The notes below the pieces were generated by a model. The model was not told the origin of the DNA. It was given only the letters and a program-made list of their open reading frames with translations, and did no database searches. Both the position numbers and the translations under genes were made by a program. Shown piece by piece: positions 1 to 9,547 of a stretch of DNA of 64,000 nt. The number at the start of each line of letters is the position of its first letter. Position 1 is the stretch's first letter. Source of the DNA: an uncultured bacterium. GTDB taxonomy: Bacteria; Bacillota; Clostridia; Lachnospirales; Lachnospiraceae. The stretch spans positions 5,829 through 69,828 of the forward strand of contig CAJMOB010000004.1 in NCBI GenBank assembly GCA_905214925.1, given 5' to 3'.

Positions 1-395
1 CCCTCCTTTTTCAATCTTTGTAATGTTTCTGCTGTATAATTGTAAACTGCTGATTGCAGTTCCAATCCTCTTAATTCTTTCCAAGCCTTTGGCTTTATTT
101 GTTTTGCTGGATCCGCCCAAAAATCACTATAATGAATATCCAACATAAACTCTAATCCTTGATTTACTACTCGCTTTGCAAGTTGGATTGTCGTTTCTAA
201 ATCATTTGTTCCTCCACCATAGGCTTCCTTCGATTCACTGTATGGATCACACCATAAACGAAGTCGAATCAGATTGACTCCACTCTCTTTTAGTATTTCA
301 AAAATATCTTTTTGCTCTCCATACCAATAATAAACGGCTCCATGCTCTTCTAATTCTTTCAGCATAGAAACGTCCATTCCTTTTATAAACTGCAT
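1..395 (-). CDS. Arabinogalactan endo-beta-1,4-galactanase, GH53, N-terminal part (3' end runs off the window); no signal peptide
   Basis: ATG at 395-393 preceded by GGAGGT. My translation is MQFIKGMDVSMLKELEEHGAVYYWYGEQKDIFEILKESGVNLIRLRLW.DPY...GGGTNDLETTIQLAKR...DIHYSDFWADPAKQ. This matches the GH53 N-terminal pattern also seen in the 57313-60408 protein (GVDLSS...[10 protein letters not shown]...[14 protein letters not shown]). Not in the ORF track because it is truncated. Confidence 0.8.
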   Translation of the reverse strand, partial: MQFIKGMDVSMLKELEEHGAVYYWYGEQKDIFEILKESGVNLIRLRLWCDPYSESKEAYGGGTNDLETTIQLAKRVVNQGLEFMLDIHYSDFWADPAKQIKPKAWKELRGLELQSAVYNYTAETLQRLKKE

Positions 396-701
396 TTCCT
401 ACCTCCCAACACATAATCCAATTTTGCACTTTTTTCTTCTTACTATTATTTTGTTATCCAATACTAATTTTAATAATTTTTTTATCTTAATTATAATAAA
501 TTATTTACTAGAATCGTAACACCCTTCTTACTCCTTGTCAATGTTCATTCATCTTTTTTCATATTTTATACAAGTATTTATGCATTTTTTTAGTCATTTT
601 TACTAAAAGCCATGTGAAATACATTTTATGAGTTTCTCATATTCGTAAGCTTCGCCAAATGAAAATACAAGCACTTACCCTTGACTTATGCCTTTCACCC
701 A

Positions 702-781
702 AGCTGCGCATCGTTTGCGTATAGCACTTTTTTATTTTATAGGATGCATCGCTTTGTGAGAAATTCTATAAGATAAAAAAA
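702..781. repeat. Small palindromic repeat element, copy 1 (conserved head AGCTGCGCATCG.. plus AT-rich hairpin 728-742/766-781)
   Basis: Aligns by eye to 46318-46398 over about 80 nt (agctgcgcatcgtttgcgtatagcacttttttattttataggatg...ctataagataaaaaaa). The arms pair with one T-G position. Confidence 0.6.
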
Positions 782-822
782 TGACCTCCAATCACTAGAT
801 TTTAATCTAACAATTGAAGGTC
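775..822 (-). terminator. Intrinsic terminator of the LacI-family gene
   Basis: Stem 783-792 / 813-822 (gacctccaat / attgaaggtc; G-U pair on the minus-strand RNA). It is followed on the minus strand by a 7-U run (complement of 775-781). Lies 40 nt after the stop at 861. Confidence 0.6.
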
Positions 823-860
823 GCTTCAAAATATAAACATTCAAAATTTTTTTAGTATAA

Positions 861-1856
861 TCATAAGAAAAAGCTCTTACGAAATACTGGTCTACCATTG
901 ATATAAACAGTCTTTGTAATATCACGCTTCTTTATCATTCGTTCCTGTAATAAATCAAGGGTACTTTCACACATAATCGGAATATCTATATGAAACGTCG
1001 TAAGTGGCGGAGATACATATTGAGCGAGTTTAATATCATTAATACTAAAAACTGCAATATGTTTTGGCACAACAATTCCTTCCTCCTGAAACGCTTGTAA
1101 TAAACCAACAGAAAGTGTATCCGTTGCTGCACAAATAGCCTGTGGTAACTTATCCTTTCCTTTTTTAATGATTTCCTTTCCTATGCGATACCCTTCTTCT
1201 ACCGTTAACCTTTTCCCGATATATATATTCTCTTCTCTTAGTACTTGATAATAACTGGCACTTTGACGAAATGACCATTCACGAATATCCATTACACATT
1301 CGCCTGTATTAATATCATAATCAGGAGTACCTACAAACGCCATATTTTGATACCCTTTCTCCATAAACATATCCACAATCTGTGTCACCATAGAATCAAG
1401 ATTTGGTCGTACAGAATCATAAGTGCTTTCATCTGGAGACACATCTACAAAAATGCCTTGTTCTGTAATGGTATGCAGATGTTGGATTTCCTTTTTAGAA
1501 AACCATCCTATCCCAATAAATGCTTTTGTATCACTAGGAACTGCATCAATTCCATCTCTTTTATTTATCACTTGTAAATGAACATTTCGCCACTTTGCCT
1601 GAGCTACCATTTCCTCCAAAATAGACTTATAATACATGTCTTCTAACTCTTCTTCATTGGCAGCCCAAAATAATAGTGCTACATTATCAATTTTAGGATA
1701 TACAACTTTCTTTTTATAGCCGACCTCTTCTGCTACCCTAAAAATGGCTTTCCTAGTCTCTTCATTTACCGATAAATTCTTATCATAATTTAAAACCCTA
1801 GAAACTGCTGCTGGAGACACTCCTACTTTTTGTGCAATCTCTTTTATTGTCGCCAT
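861..1856 (-). CDS. LacI-family transcriptional regulator
   Basis: N-terminal HTH MATIKEIAQKVGVSPAAVSRVLN followed by a periplasmic-binding-protein type 1 fold of about 270 aa. Next to GH53. Confidence 0.85.
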   Translation of the reverse strand: MATIKEIAQKVGVSPAAVSRVLNYDKNLSVNEETRKAIFRVAEEVGYKKKVVYPKIDNVALLFWAANEEELEDMYYKSILEEMVAQAKWRNVHLQVINKRDGIDAVPSDTKAFIGIGWFSKKEIQHLHTITEQGIFVDVSPDESTYDSVRPNLDSMVTQIVDMFMEKGYQNMAFVGTPDYDINTGECVMDIREWSFRQSASYYQVLREENIYIGKRLTVEEGYRIGKEIIKKGKDKLPQAICAATDTLSVGLLQAFQEEGIVVPKHIAVFSINDIKLAQYVSPPLTTFHIDIPIMCESTLDLLQERMIKKRDITKTVYINGRPVFRKSFFL

Positions 1857-2161
1857 CTTATCACTCCTCTTTCGCTTTTATATAAATATTTTACTAAATA
1901 ATTAACTTTATAACAAGATATTTTTTACTTATTTTTATTCTTTCCTCTTCCTATCATTTTCTTTTATTCCCTTACTCATTAATCCTGTGAACTACTTACC
2001 ACCTATAGAGATAGGAGAATTCTCGGCAATTCTGTTAAAAATTATTCACAATTTTTCTCTTCTCCCTTTCTTATTTTTTTAGAGTATGTTAAAATATTTT
2101 ATAATAAACAAAAGTCTTTTTACTTATTCTCACAGAACTTTCGATAAGGAGGATTTTTTCT

Positions 2162-2824
2162 ATGAATCTTTTTGACAGCAATTCACTCATTATGAAACTC
2201 TTTAATTTATTAGCTGATATTTTATTGCTTCATATTCTTTGGCTCGTCTATAGTCTTCCCATCATTACCATTGGCGCTTCTACAACGGCTCTTTACTATG
2301 CAATGATGAAACGAATCCGAACCGATGAAGGCAATATCATTCCGAATTTTCATGGTTCTTTTAAGTCCAATTTTAGACAGGCGACTATTATCTGGATTAT
2401 TTTAGCAACCTTTTTCATTGTTTTCTTCTTGGATATTCGCTTTTGCCTTGCGCTAAATAATGATTTCAGCAAAATAATGTTATTTGGTTGCTCTTTATTT
2501 TTTCTTCCATTTTTACTCATTTGCTTTTATATTTTCCCTGTACAAGCAAAGTTTGAAAATCGGATTTTTGACAACTTTAAAAATGCCTTTTTCATGGCTT
2601 TTGTTCACTTTCCATATACGTTGCTTTTGATCTTTTTAACAGCAACCGTTATTCTATTTGCATTTCGTTATCGTTTGCTTATGGGATTTTTTATAATCTG
2701 TGGTATGGGATTTTATAGCTATATTACTTCTGGTGTCTATATCCAAGTATTTCGAAAGTATATTCCAAACGAAGCAGAAGAAGACTTAGAAAAAAGTGGA
2801 CGAACCTTTTATTTCAATCAATAA
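2162..2824 (+). CDS. YesL/DUF624-family integral membrane protein
   Basis: 220 aa with several TM helices. The N-terminus ...LADILLLHILWLVYSLPIITIGASTTALYYAMMKRIRTDEG is typical of DUF624 proteins that accompany sugar-uptake loci. Confidence 0.65.
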   Translation: MNLFDSNSLIMKLFNLLADILLLHILWLVYSLPIITIGASTTALYYAMMKRIRTDEGNIIPNFHGSFKSNFRQATIIWIILATFFIVFFLDIRFCLALNNDFSKIMLFGCSLFFLPFLLICFYIFPVQAKFENRIFDNFKNAFFMAFVHFPYTLLLIFLTATVILFAFRYRLLMGFFIICGMGFYSYITSGVYIQVFRKYIPNEAEEDLEKSGRTFYFNQ

Positions 2825-2883
2825 AGAACCAACCGACTAGGACTTTACTTCATTCCGTACACTACCTTTGTATCAACAAAAAA

Positions 2884-2992
2884 AGAGAGAACTGCCATAA
2901 CAAAGATAATACATATAAAATAGAAACTATTTTTATAAAAAATTACTGTATCTTCCTTTTATATAAAATCTTTTTCTATGACAGTTCTCTCT
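2884..2992 (-). terminator. Long hairpin downstream of the PTS EIICB gene (16-bp arms, about 77-nt AT-rich interior)
   Basis: Arms are agagagaactgccata (2884-2899) and tatgacagttctctct (2977-2992). There is one mismatch, which becomes G-U on the minus-strand RNA. A U-run follows on the minus strand (complement of 2877-2883). Confidence 0.35.
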
Positions 2993-3043
2993 ATTCACTT
3001 GACATTAAAATCCGTTCTATCTCCTTTTATTGGACATCGTAAC

Positions 3044-4543
3044 TTAACTATCCATTCCTAAAATATCATTGATATTATTCTTATATAAAATAGCTTTCGC
3101 ACCGTAAATTGCTTGCACGCCACCACTCACTTCTAAAACGTCAATAGCTCCAACTTTCTTCAATGCTTCTTTATCCACTTTGGATACGTCGGTAACATTC
3201 ACACGCAAACGGGTAATACAAGCATCTACATCTTCAATGTTCTCTTTTCCACCTAATGCTTTAATAATAATGATCGATTCTTCTTTTAGAGAGGACTTTG
3301 TTGTCACTTCTGGTTCTTTTTCTTCCTCTTCTTCTCCACGTCCTGGCGTTAAAACGTTGAATTTGGTAATCAAAAAACGAAATAAGAAATAGTACACAAA
3401 TGCCCAAGCAATCCCGAGTGGAATCTGTAACAACCAATGTGTCTTATCATTTCCTGGTAAAATACCAAATAATAAGAAGTCAATTAATCCACCTGAGAAT
3501 GTATTACCAATAGAGATATTTAAAATATCTGCTAACATAAATGCAAGGCCATCTAAAATAGAATGTATCACATAAAGCCATGGTGCAACAAATAAAAACA
3601 TAAACTCTAATGGCTCTGTAATACCAGTAACAAAGCTTGTCAATGCCACACCTAAAAATAATCCTTTGTATTTACTACGACGGATTTTTGGAACACAATG
3701 ATACATAGCAAGTGCCGCTGCTGGTAATCCAAACATCATCGTAGAAAAACGTCCTGCAAAGAAACGAGTTCCTTCTGTGAACAATCCAACATGGCTTGAA
3801 TCGGCTAATTGAGCAAAAAAGATATTCTGAGCTCCAACAACTGTAGCTCCATTTACAATTTCAGTTCCACCTAATGCTGTATACCAAAACATTGGATAAA
3901 TCATATGATGTAAACCTACAGCTCCACATAAGCGCATTAAAAATCCATAAAAAAATGTTCCAATTGGACCTGCTGTGGAAATTATATCTCCTGTACTAAC
4001 TAATAACTGTTGTACTGGAGGCCAAATTAAATAAAATCCTACACCAATAAAAACAGCAGTAAACGATGTAACAATTGGTACAAAACGAGAACCACCAAAA
4101 AATCCTAGAATTTGTGGTAACTGAATATTTTGATATCGGTTATGTAACCATACTGCAATACACCCAACCACGATAGCGCCTACAACGCCTGTATCAATCG
4201 TAGTTCCTTCTTCACTAAAAATTCCAATTAATGTGGAAATTGTCATTGTCATAACAAGATAACCAACGACTCCTGCAAGGGCAGCTGTTCCTTTATCTTT
4301 CTTCGCCAATCCTACACAAAGCCCAATACAGAGCAACAATGCTAAATTATTGAAAATAGCACTTCCTGCACCATTCATTACTTTAAAAATAGTCTGCAAA
4401 ATAACATTATCTAAAAATGGATATGTAGCAATTGTCGTAGTATTAGAAAAAGAACCACCAATTCCAAGCAATAAACCAGCTGCTGGCAAAATAGCAATTG
4501 GCAACATAAAAGCTTTCCCAATTTTTTGTAATTGTTTAAACAT
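3044..4543 (-). CDS. PTS transporter subunit EIICB, glucose/maltose/GlcNAc class
   Basis: 499 aa. N-terminus MFKQLQKIGKAFMLPIAILPAAGLLLGIG and a polytopic EIIC body. The C-terminal EIIB domain carries the phospho-cysteine motif DACITRLRVNV. Confidence 0.85.
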   Translation of the reverse strand: MFKQLQKIGKAFMLPIAILPAAGLLLGIGGSFSNTTTIATYPFLDNVILQTIFKVMNGAGSAIFNNLALLLCIGLCVGLAKKDKGTAALAGVVGYLVMTMTISTLIGIFSEEGTTIDTGVVGAIVVGCIAVWLHNRYQNIQLPQILGFFGGSRFVPIVTSFTAVFIGVGFYLIWPPVQQLLVSTGDIISTAGPIGTFFYGFLMRLCGAVGLHHMIYPMFWYTALGGTEIVNGATVVGAQNIFFAQLADSSHVGLFTEGTRFFAGRFSTMMFGLPAAALAMYHCVPKIRRSKYKGLFLGVALTSFVTGITEPLEFMFLFVAPWLYVIHSILDGLAFMLADILNISIGNTFSGGLIDFLLFGILPGNDKTHWLLQIPLGIAWAFVYYFLFRFLITKFNVLTPGRGEEEEEKEPEVTTKSSLKEESIIIIKALGGKENIEDVDACITRLRVNVTDVSKVDKEALKKVGAIDVLEVSGGVQAIYGAKAILYKNNINDILGMDS

Positions 4544-4716
4544 TCACTCTCATCCTCTCTATTTATTTCTTGCACTCTTAACTTTTTACCTTTATTTTTC
4601 CTTAGACATTTTCTTCTCTCCAATCATCTTTTCACTTTCTGATTATTCTCTAATAAATTTCTAATGATTTTTTAGCAATCCGTATCTAAAAAATTCAAAT
4701 TACATAGTTTTGTTTT

Positions 4717-5205
4717 TTATTTCTTTTCACAAGAAAAAATTACATCTTCTGGAGTAACAACATCTCCTTGTTTCTTTTGGAACTGTAAAATACATTGTTC
4801 CTCTGGAGTAGATACTAAAACCATTGTATCGGTATATAGACCTTTTTCTTTTAATATGGATAAATCTACTTTGACAAGCACATCCCCTTTCTTCACACTT
4901 TCTCCCTGTTTGACTAGACAATCAAATCCTTCTCCACCTAAATTTACCGTATCAATTCCAATATGAATCAAATATTCAATACCATCTTTATCTGTTATTC
5001 CAAAAGCATGTCCTGTTGGAAAAACAGCTGTTAATGTTCCATCACAAGGCGCCTTGAAAGTGCTTTCTTCTGGCACAATGGCAATTCCTCGTCCTGCTAA
5101 TCCTTGAGAAAATACGGGATCTTGCACCTCGTTTAAATTTTTTACTATTCCTTTCACAACAGCATTTACTTCAACACCTTTTTTCTTCTTAAAAAATTGA
5201 AACAT
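4717..5205 (-). CDS. PTS glucose-family EIIA component
   Basis: 162 aa with the two-His EIIA-Glc signature region ...TGHAFGITDKDGIEYLIHIGIDTVNLGGEGF... Lies immediately upstream of EIICB. Confidence 0.85.
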   Translation of the reverse strand: MFQFFKKKKGVEVNAVVKGIVKNLNEVQDPVFSQGLAGRGIAIVPEESTFKAPCDGTLTAVFPTGHAFGITDKDGIEYLIHIGIDTVNLGGEGFDCLVKQGESVKKGDVLVKVDLSILKEKGLYTDTMVLVSTPEEQCILQFQKKQGDVVTPEDVIFSCEKK

Positions 5206-5655
5206 AGTTATCTCTCCTCTTCTTCTATAACGGATTAACGAACATCCATCTTTACCCGACTCTAATTGATTATACTTGCTTTCTTTAATAGTTTTCTGAA
5301 CCTACTATATCTTAATTGATTGGTATTTTCAAGTATTTTTATATTTCTGAAAATACTTTTAATACATCCAGAAAAAACCCCATTTTTTTACCAAAAGAAA
5401 AAGAATATTCTTGTTTATCTTGCACAATAAATGAAAGTTTTTTCAACTATAAACATTCTTTTGATTTCTCTTACTTCTAATACAAAAAATATTTTATTCT
5501 CTATTTTTATTTTGTTAAGATATTTTTATTGGAATTTATTACTAATTAGTGATATTTTGTTATTATAAACAAAACAAACTACTATTTAGAATAATCAACA
5601 CGAACATAACGTGCAATAGAACTTATAACAATATTTTAGAAAGAAGGAATCCTAT

Positions 5656-6525
5656 ATGATAGAAATTATTGAATTTACAGACCCTGTCTGCACTTGGTGC
5701 TGGGGTAGTGAACCCATTCTTCGCAAACTAGAAACCCGTTATTCCAATGATGTAAAAATTGGGTTTATTATGGGTGGACTCGTAAAAGATATGAACGATT
5801 TTCAAGATGAATTCAACGGTATCGGTGGGGAGAATGACCTTTCAAAAGTCAATGAGCAAATCGCCTCTCATTGGATTAAGGCATCAGAGCGCCATAAAAT
5901 GCCAGTGGAAACAAAGGGATTTTCCCTTTTTACAAAAGATCATACTTCCACTTATCCATCAAATATCGCCTATAAAGCAGCACAATTTCAAGGAGAAGAA
6001 ATTGCCCATCGCTTTTTACGCCGAATTCGAGAAGCTGCTGCTACAGAAGCAAAACAAGTCAATCGACTTGATGTACTAAAGGAACTTGCTTCTTCTGTCG
6101 GTCTTGACGAACAGCAATGGCTGATCGATATGGAAAACGGACGAGCCGAAAAAGAATTTGAAAAAGATCTTGCACTCTGTCAACAATTCCAAATCTATGC
6201 CTTTCCTTCTTATCTTGTAAAAGATGAAACGGGCAAAGGTATTTTACTTCGTGGATTCCAGTCTTATGAAACATTTCAACAGGCGATTCACCAATTGAGC
6301 GATGGTAAAATAAAAGAAACTCCTAGGAATCCACAACAATCACTTGAAGCAAGAGTAAAAGAACTAATTTTAAAATATGAAAGTATCACATTGTTTGAAC
6401 TAACCTATATTTTAGAATGTTCCGAACAAGAACTATCACCGGCTCTAGAACGTCTCATCTCTGAAAATATAATCAATCAAACAGCCGTTGGAAATGGATA
6501 TTTTTTAACCATTTCTAAACGATAA
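5656..6525 (+). CDS. Cytoplasmic DsbA-fold protein with a C-terminal winged-helix-like extension (SpxH/YjbH-like)
   Basis: 289 aa with no signal peptide. Has a CxxC motif near the N-terminus (DPVCTWCWGSEPILRKL). The layout parallels B. subtilis YjbH as I recall it (DPLCPECWSLEPVIKKL... plus a C-terminal domain of about 70 aa). Confidence 0.55.
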   Translation: MIEIIEFTDPVCTWCWGSEPILRKLETRYSNDVKIGFIMGGLVKDMNDFQDEFNGIGGENDLSKVNEQIASHWIKASERHKMPVETKGFSLFTKDHTSTYPSNIAYKAAQFQGEEIAHRFLRRIREAAATEAKQVNRLDVLKELASSVGLDEQQWLIDMENGRAEKEFEKDLALCQQFQIYAFPSYLVKDETGKGILLRGFQSYETFQQAIHQLSDGKIKETPRNPQQSLEARVKELILKYESITLFELTYILECSEQELSPALERLISENIINQTAVGNGYFLTISKR

Positions 6526-6589
6526 GAAATTTTCCATCAATTGTCATAAACTTTAAAATCATAGTTTCTGACCTGTTTTAATGAAAATG

Positions 6590-6612
6590 AAAAGCCCGCT
6601 TTGCGGGCTTTT
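6590..6612. terminator. Bidirectional intrinsic terminator between convergent genes
   Basis: aaaaGCCCGCtttGCGGGCtttt: a GC stem of 6 bp flanked by an A-run and a T-run. Confidence 0.8.
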
Positions 6613-6641
6613 CCTATTTATATAAGCGTTTCCTTACGCTT

Positions 6642-7055
6642 TCATTCCTTTATCTTTTCATACTCTTCATCAGAAACAGGTTCACACCATTCATTGGACG
6701 TTTCCTCACCCGGAACTTCTATGGCAAGATGAGCAAACCAACTATCATGGGCTGCTCCATGCCAGTGTTTTACTTCCGGTGGAATCACAACCACATCGCC
6801 TGGATGAAGTTCTTGTGCTTCCTTTCCATATTCCTGATAATAACCACGTCCTGCAGTACAGAGTAAAATCTGACCACCACCTGATTTCGCATGGTGGATA
6901 TGCCAATTGTTTCGGCATCCTGGTTCAAATGTCATATTTCCAATTGGCACGCCTTCTGTGGTAAGCATATTCAAATAGCTCTGTCCTATAAAATATTTTC
7001 CAAATGCTACATTCTTTTCTCCAACAGGGAAAATACTTACTTCTTCTGGTTTCAT
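6642..7055 (-). CDS. Cupin-domain protein
   Basis: 137 aa with cupin His motifs (NNWHIHH...GGGQIL; GDVVVIPPEVKHWHGA). Confidence 0.75.
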   Translation of the reverse strand: MKPEEVSIFPVGEKNVAFGKYFIGQSYLNMLTTEGVPIGNMTFEPGCRNNWHIHHAKSGGGQILLCTAGRGYYQEYGKEAQELHPGDVVVIPPEVKHWHGAAHDSWFAHLAIEVPGEETSNEWCEPVSDEEYEKIKE

Positions 7056-7074
7056 TTTAATGCCCTCCTACGAC

Positions 7075-7932
7075 TCACTTTCCGCTAAACACTGGGAATC
7101 CACTAAACTCTCCATAATCCTTTAAAGGCTTCATCTGTTTCAATGTTTTCATATCTTCGTCAGAAATCATAAAATCAACCTTGGCATTTTCCCTCATATG
7201 GACTGGATTAGCAGTTTTTGGAAGTGGAACTGTATCAAGTTGTAAATCATAACGAATACAAAGCTGTGGAACTGTCACATGATATTTTTCAGCCATTTTT
7301 GAAATTTCTGCATTTTTCAAAATTTCTCCGTGAGCCACAGGAGAATACGCTTCCACTAAAATATCTTTTTGACGGCAATATTCCATTAAATCCACAGGCG
7401 TATTTCCGATATGAACAAGAAGCTGATTCACCATCGGTGCAACGGTACAAGAAGAAAGAATATTTTCAACATCTTCTTCCTTAAAATTAGAGATACCGAT
7501 TGCTCTTAACTTCCCAGCTTTATAAGCATCTTCTAACGCCCGCCATGCTTCCTGATTTCCTTTTGCATAATCACCACCTCGAAAATCTGCCCATGGCTGT
7601 GGACTGTGGAGCAACATCAGATCAATATAATCAAGCCCTAGCTTTTGCAAAGAACCATCGATTGCCTCGACAGCCTCCTCATATGTTTTTATCTCAGCTG
7701 CCAACTTTGTAGTAACAAATAGCTCCTCTCTAGGAACACCACAACTTCGGATTCCTTCACCGACTCCTCGCTCATTTTCATAAGCCTGTGCTGTGTCAAT
7801 ATGTCGATACCCTAGTTTCACTGCTTCACAAACGGCTGTTGCTACCTGATCGTCTGAAATAAACCATGTTCCCAGTCCTAACTTAGGAATTTTCACTCCA
7901 TTTGAAAGGGTGTATGTTTCTTCTAAAATCAT
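7075..7932 (-). CDS. Aldo/keto reductase
   Basis: 285 aa. Classic AKR motifs are present: LGLGTW, GYRHIDTAQAYENE, LDYIDLMLLHSP, IGISNF. Confidence 0.9.
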   Translation of the reverse strand: MILEETYTLSNGVKIPKLGLGTWFISDDQVATAVCEAVKLGYRHIDTAQAYENERGVGEGIRSCGVPREELFVTTKLAAEIKTYEEAVEAIDGSLQKLGLDYIDLMLLHSPQPWADFRGGDYAKGNQEAWRALEDAYKAGKLRAIGISNFKEEDVENILSSCTVAPMVNQLLVHIGNTPVDLMEYCRQKDILVEAYSPVAHGEILKNAEISKMAEKYHVTVPQLCIRYDLQLDTVPLPKTANPVHMRENAKVDFMISDEDMKTLKQMKPLKDYGEFSGFPVFSGK

Positions 7933-8013
7933 AGGATTCTCGCTCCTTTCTATTTACAATCTATTTATCATTCCTGTATCTGACAGCCAGTCAGAACACT
8001 ATCCATCTATTTT

Positions 8014-8535
8014 CTATAAATTTACTCCACTATTTGTAAGCCATTTTCGAATCAATGTCTCAGAATTGCTGACACTGCTACCACGGATTGCCAGCCCTTT
8101 CTCAACCTTTGCTCCTGAACAAATACGCCGAATGTCTTCTTCACTCGTTCCTAATCCACTTCCTTCATGGGTGCAAAAAGGTCGAATCGTTTTTCCTGTA
8201 AAATCAAAATGTTCTAGAAAGGTAAATACTGCCATCGGCATCGTGCTCCAATAGTTGGGGTACCCCAAATAAATCACATCGTATTCCTTTAGACTTTCTG
8301 GATATTGCTTTAACTTAGGTCTAGCATTCCGACGCTGATCTGCCTGAGCCTGTGCAATACATTCATTGTAATCCTTGGAATACTCTTGTAACGGCTCTAT
8401 TTGAAACCTATCAGCTCCTGTTAACTGTTGGATAATACTAGCAGCTATTTCTGTATTCCCTATTTTTAAATCACGGATAACACCATTTACATAATTCTCA
8501 TGTCGTCTAGAAAAATAAGCAATTAGTTCTGCCAT
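8014..8535 (-). CDS. Flavodoxin-family protein
   Basis: 173 aa. Pattern ...IAYFSRRHENY...DVIYLGYPNYWSTMPMAVFTFLE... is typical of flavodoxin-like fold proteins. Co-oriented with the AKR and cupin genes. Confidence 0.65.
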   Translation of the reverse strand: MAELIAYFSRRHENYVNGVIRDLKIGNTEIAASIIQQLTGADRFQIEPLQEYSKDYNECIAQAQADQRRNARPKLKQYPESLKEYDVIYLGYPNYWSTMPMAVFTFLEHFDFTGKTIRPFCTHEGSGLGTSEEDIRRICSGAKVEKGLAIRGSSVSNSETLIRKWLTNSGVNL

Positions 8536-8653
8536 TTACACCACTCCTTTCTTATGTTCTAGCCTCATTATAATCCCATTTTTATTGACATGGAATCTCC
8601 CAAATGTTATTTTGGTATTAACTTAAAGTTTATACTAGAAAGGATGGTGTATT

Positions 8654-9547
8654 ATGTTTAATCCTCAACTCACTGCCTTTGTTTCTGTAGTGGATTGTGG
8701 CAGTTTTACAAAAGCAGCAGAAAGTCTATTTATTTCTCCTACGGCTGTGATGAAACAGATCAATGCCCTAGAAAAACATCTTAATCTGAAACTTTTAGAA
8801 CGAAATTCCCACGGGGTTCGTCCAACACAAGCAGGAGAAATCATTTATAAAGATGCAAAATTTTTATTTGAATATTCGAAACGCTCCATTGAAAATGCAA
8901 GAAAGGTTATGGAGAATACAGATTGTACCTTCTGTGTTGGCACTTCCATGCTAAATCCTGCTAAGCCTTTTATGGATTTATGGTATCAGGCTAGTCAGGA
9001 TTTTCCAAATTATAAGCTCCATCTCGTTCCTTTTGAAGATAACCACGAGGGAATCCTTTCTGAAATTGCACAACTCGGAGAAAAATTTGACTTTCTAGTT
9101 GGTGTCTGTGATTCTAAAATGTGGCTCAACAAATGCAATATGCTTTCTCTTGGGCGCTACAAAAAAATGTGCGCCGTATCCAGAGAACACCGCCTTGCCA
9201 AAAAAGATCATCTTGAAATATCGGATTTATATGGCGAAACGCTTATGATGGTAGCCAAAGGCGATTCTGGCGTAAATGACTTTATACGAAATGATCTCAA
9301 CCGCAACCATCCAGCTATCCAGATTGAAGACACCCCACATTTTTATGATATCTCTGTCTTTAACCGCTGTGCAGAAACAAATAATGTGCTGCTTACATTG
9401 GAATGTTGGAAAGAGGTACATCCAGCCCTTGTCTCCATTCCAGTGAACTGGGATTACAGCAGTCCTTATGGCTTGTTGTATGCACTTGATCCATCAGAAG
9501 ATGTACAAAGATTTGTTGAGCGGATACAGGAAATTCAAAGAAAATAA
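8654..9547 (+). CDS. LysR-family transcriptional regulator
   Basis: N-terminal HTH FVSVVDCGSFTKAAESLFISPTAVMKQINALEKHLNLKLLER. Divergent from the flavodoxin/AKR/cupin genes. Confidence 0.9.
   Translation: MFNPQLTAFVSVVDCGSFTKAAESLFISPTAVMKQINALEKHLNLKLLERNSHGVRPTQAGEIIYKDAKFLFEYSKRSIENARKVMENTDCTFCVGTSMLNPAKPFMDLWYQASQDFPNYKLHLVPFEDNHEGILSEIAQLGEKFDFLVGVCDSKMWLNKCNMLSLGRYKKMCAVSREHRLAKKDHLEISDLYGETLMMVAKGDSGVNDFIRNDLNRNHPAIQIEDTPHFYDISVFNRCAETNNVLLTLECWKEVHPALVSIPVNWDYSSPYGLLYALDPSEDVQRFVERIQEIQRK

Noticed and set aside
737-925. Track ORFs 737-925 (-) and 22629-23042 (+) / 22687-22893 (+) overlap the palindromic repeat copies or the Cys-rich gene.
   Set aside because: They have no RBS, run across terminator and repeat hairpins, or are antisense to a better-supported ORF. 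I treated them as non-coding.
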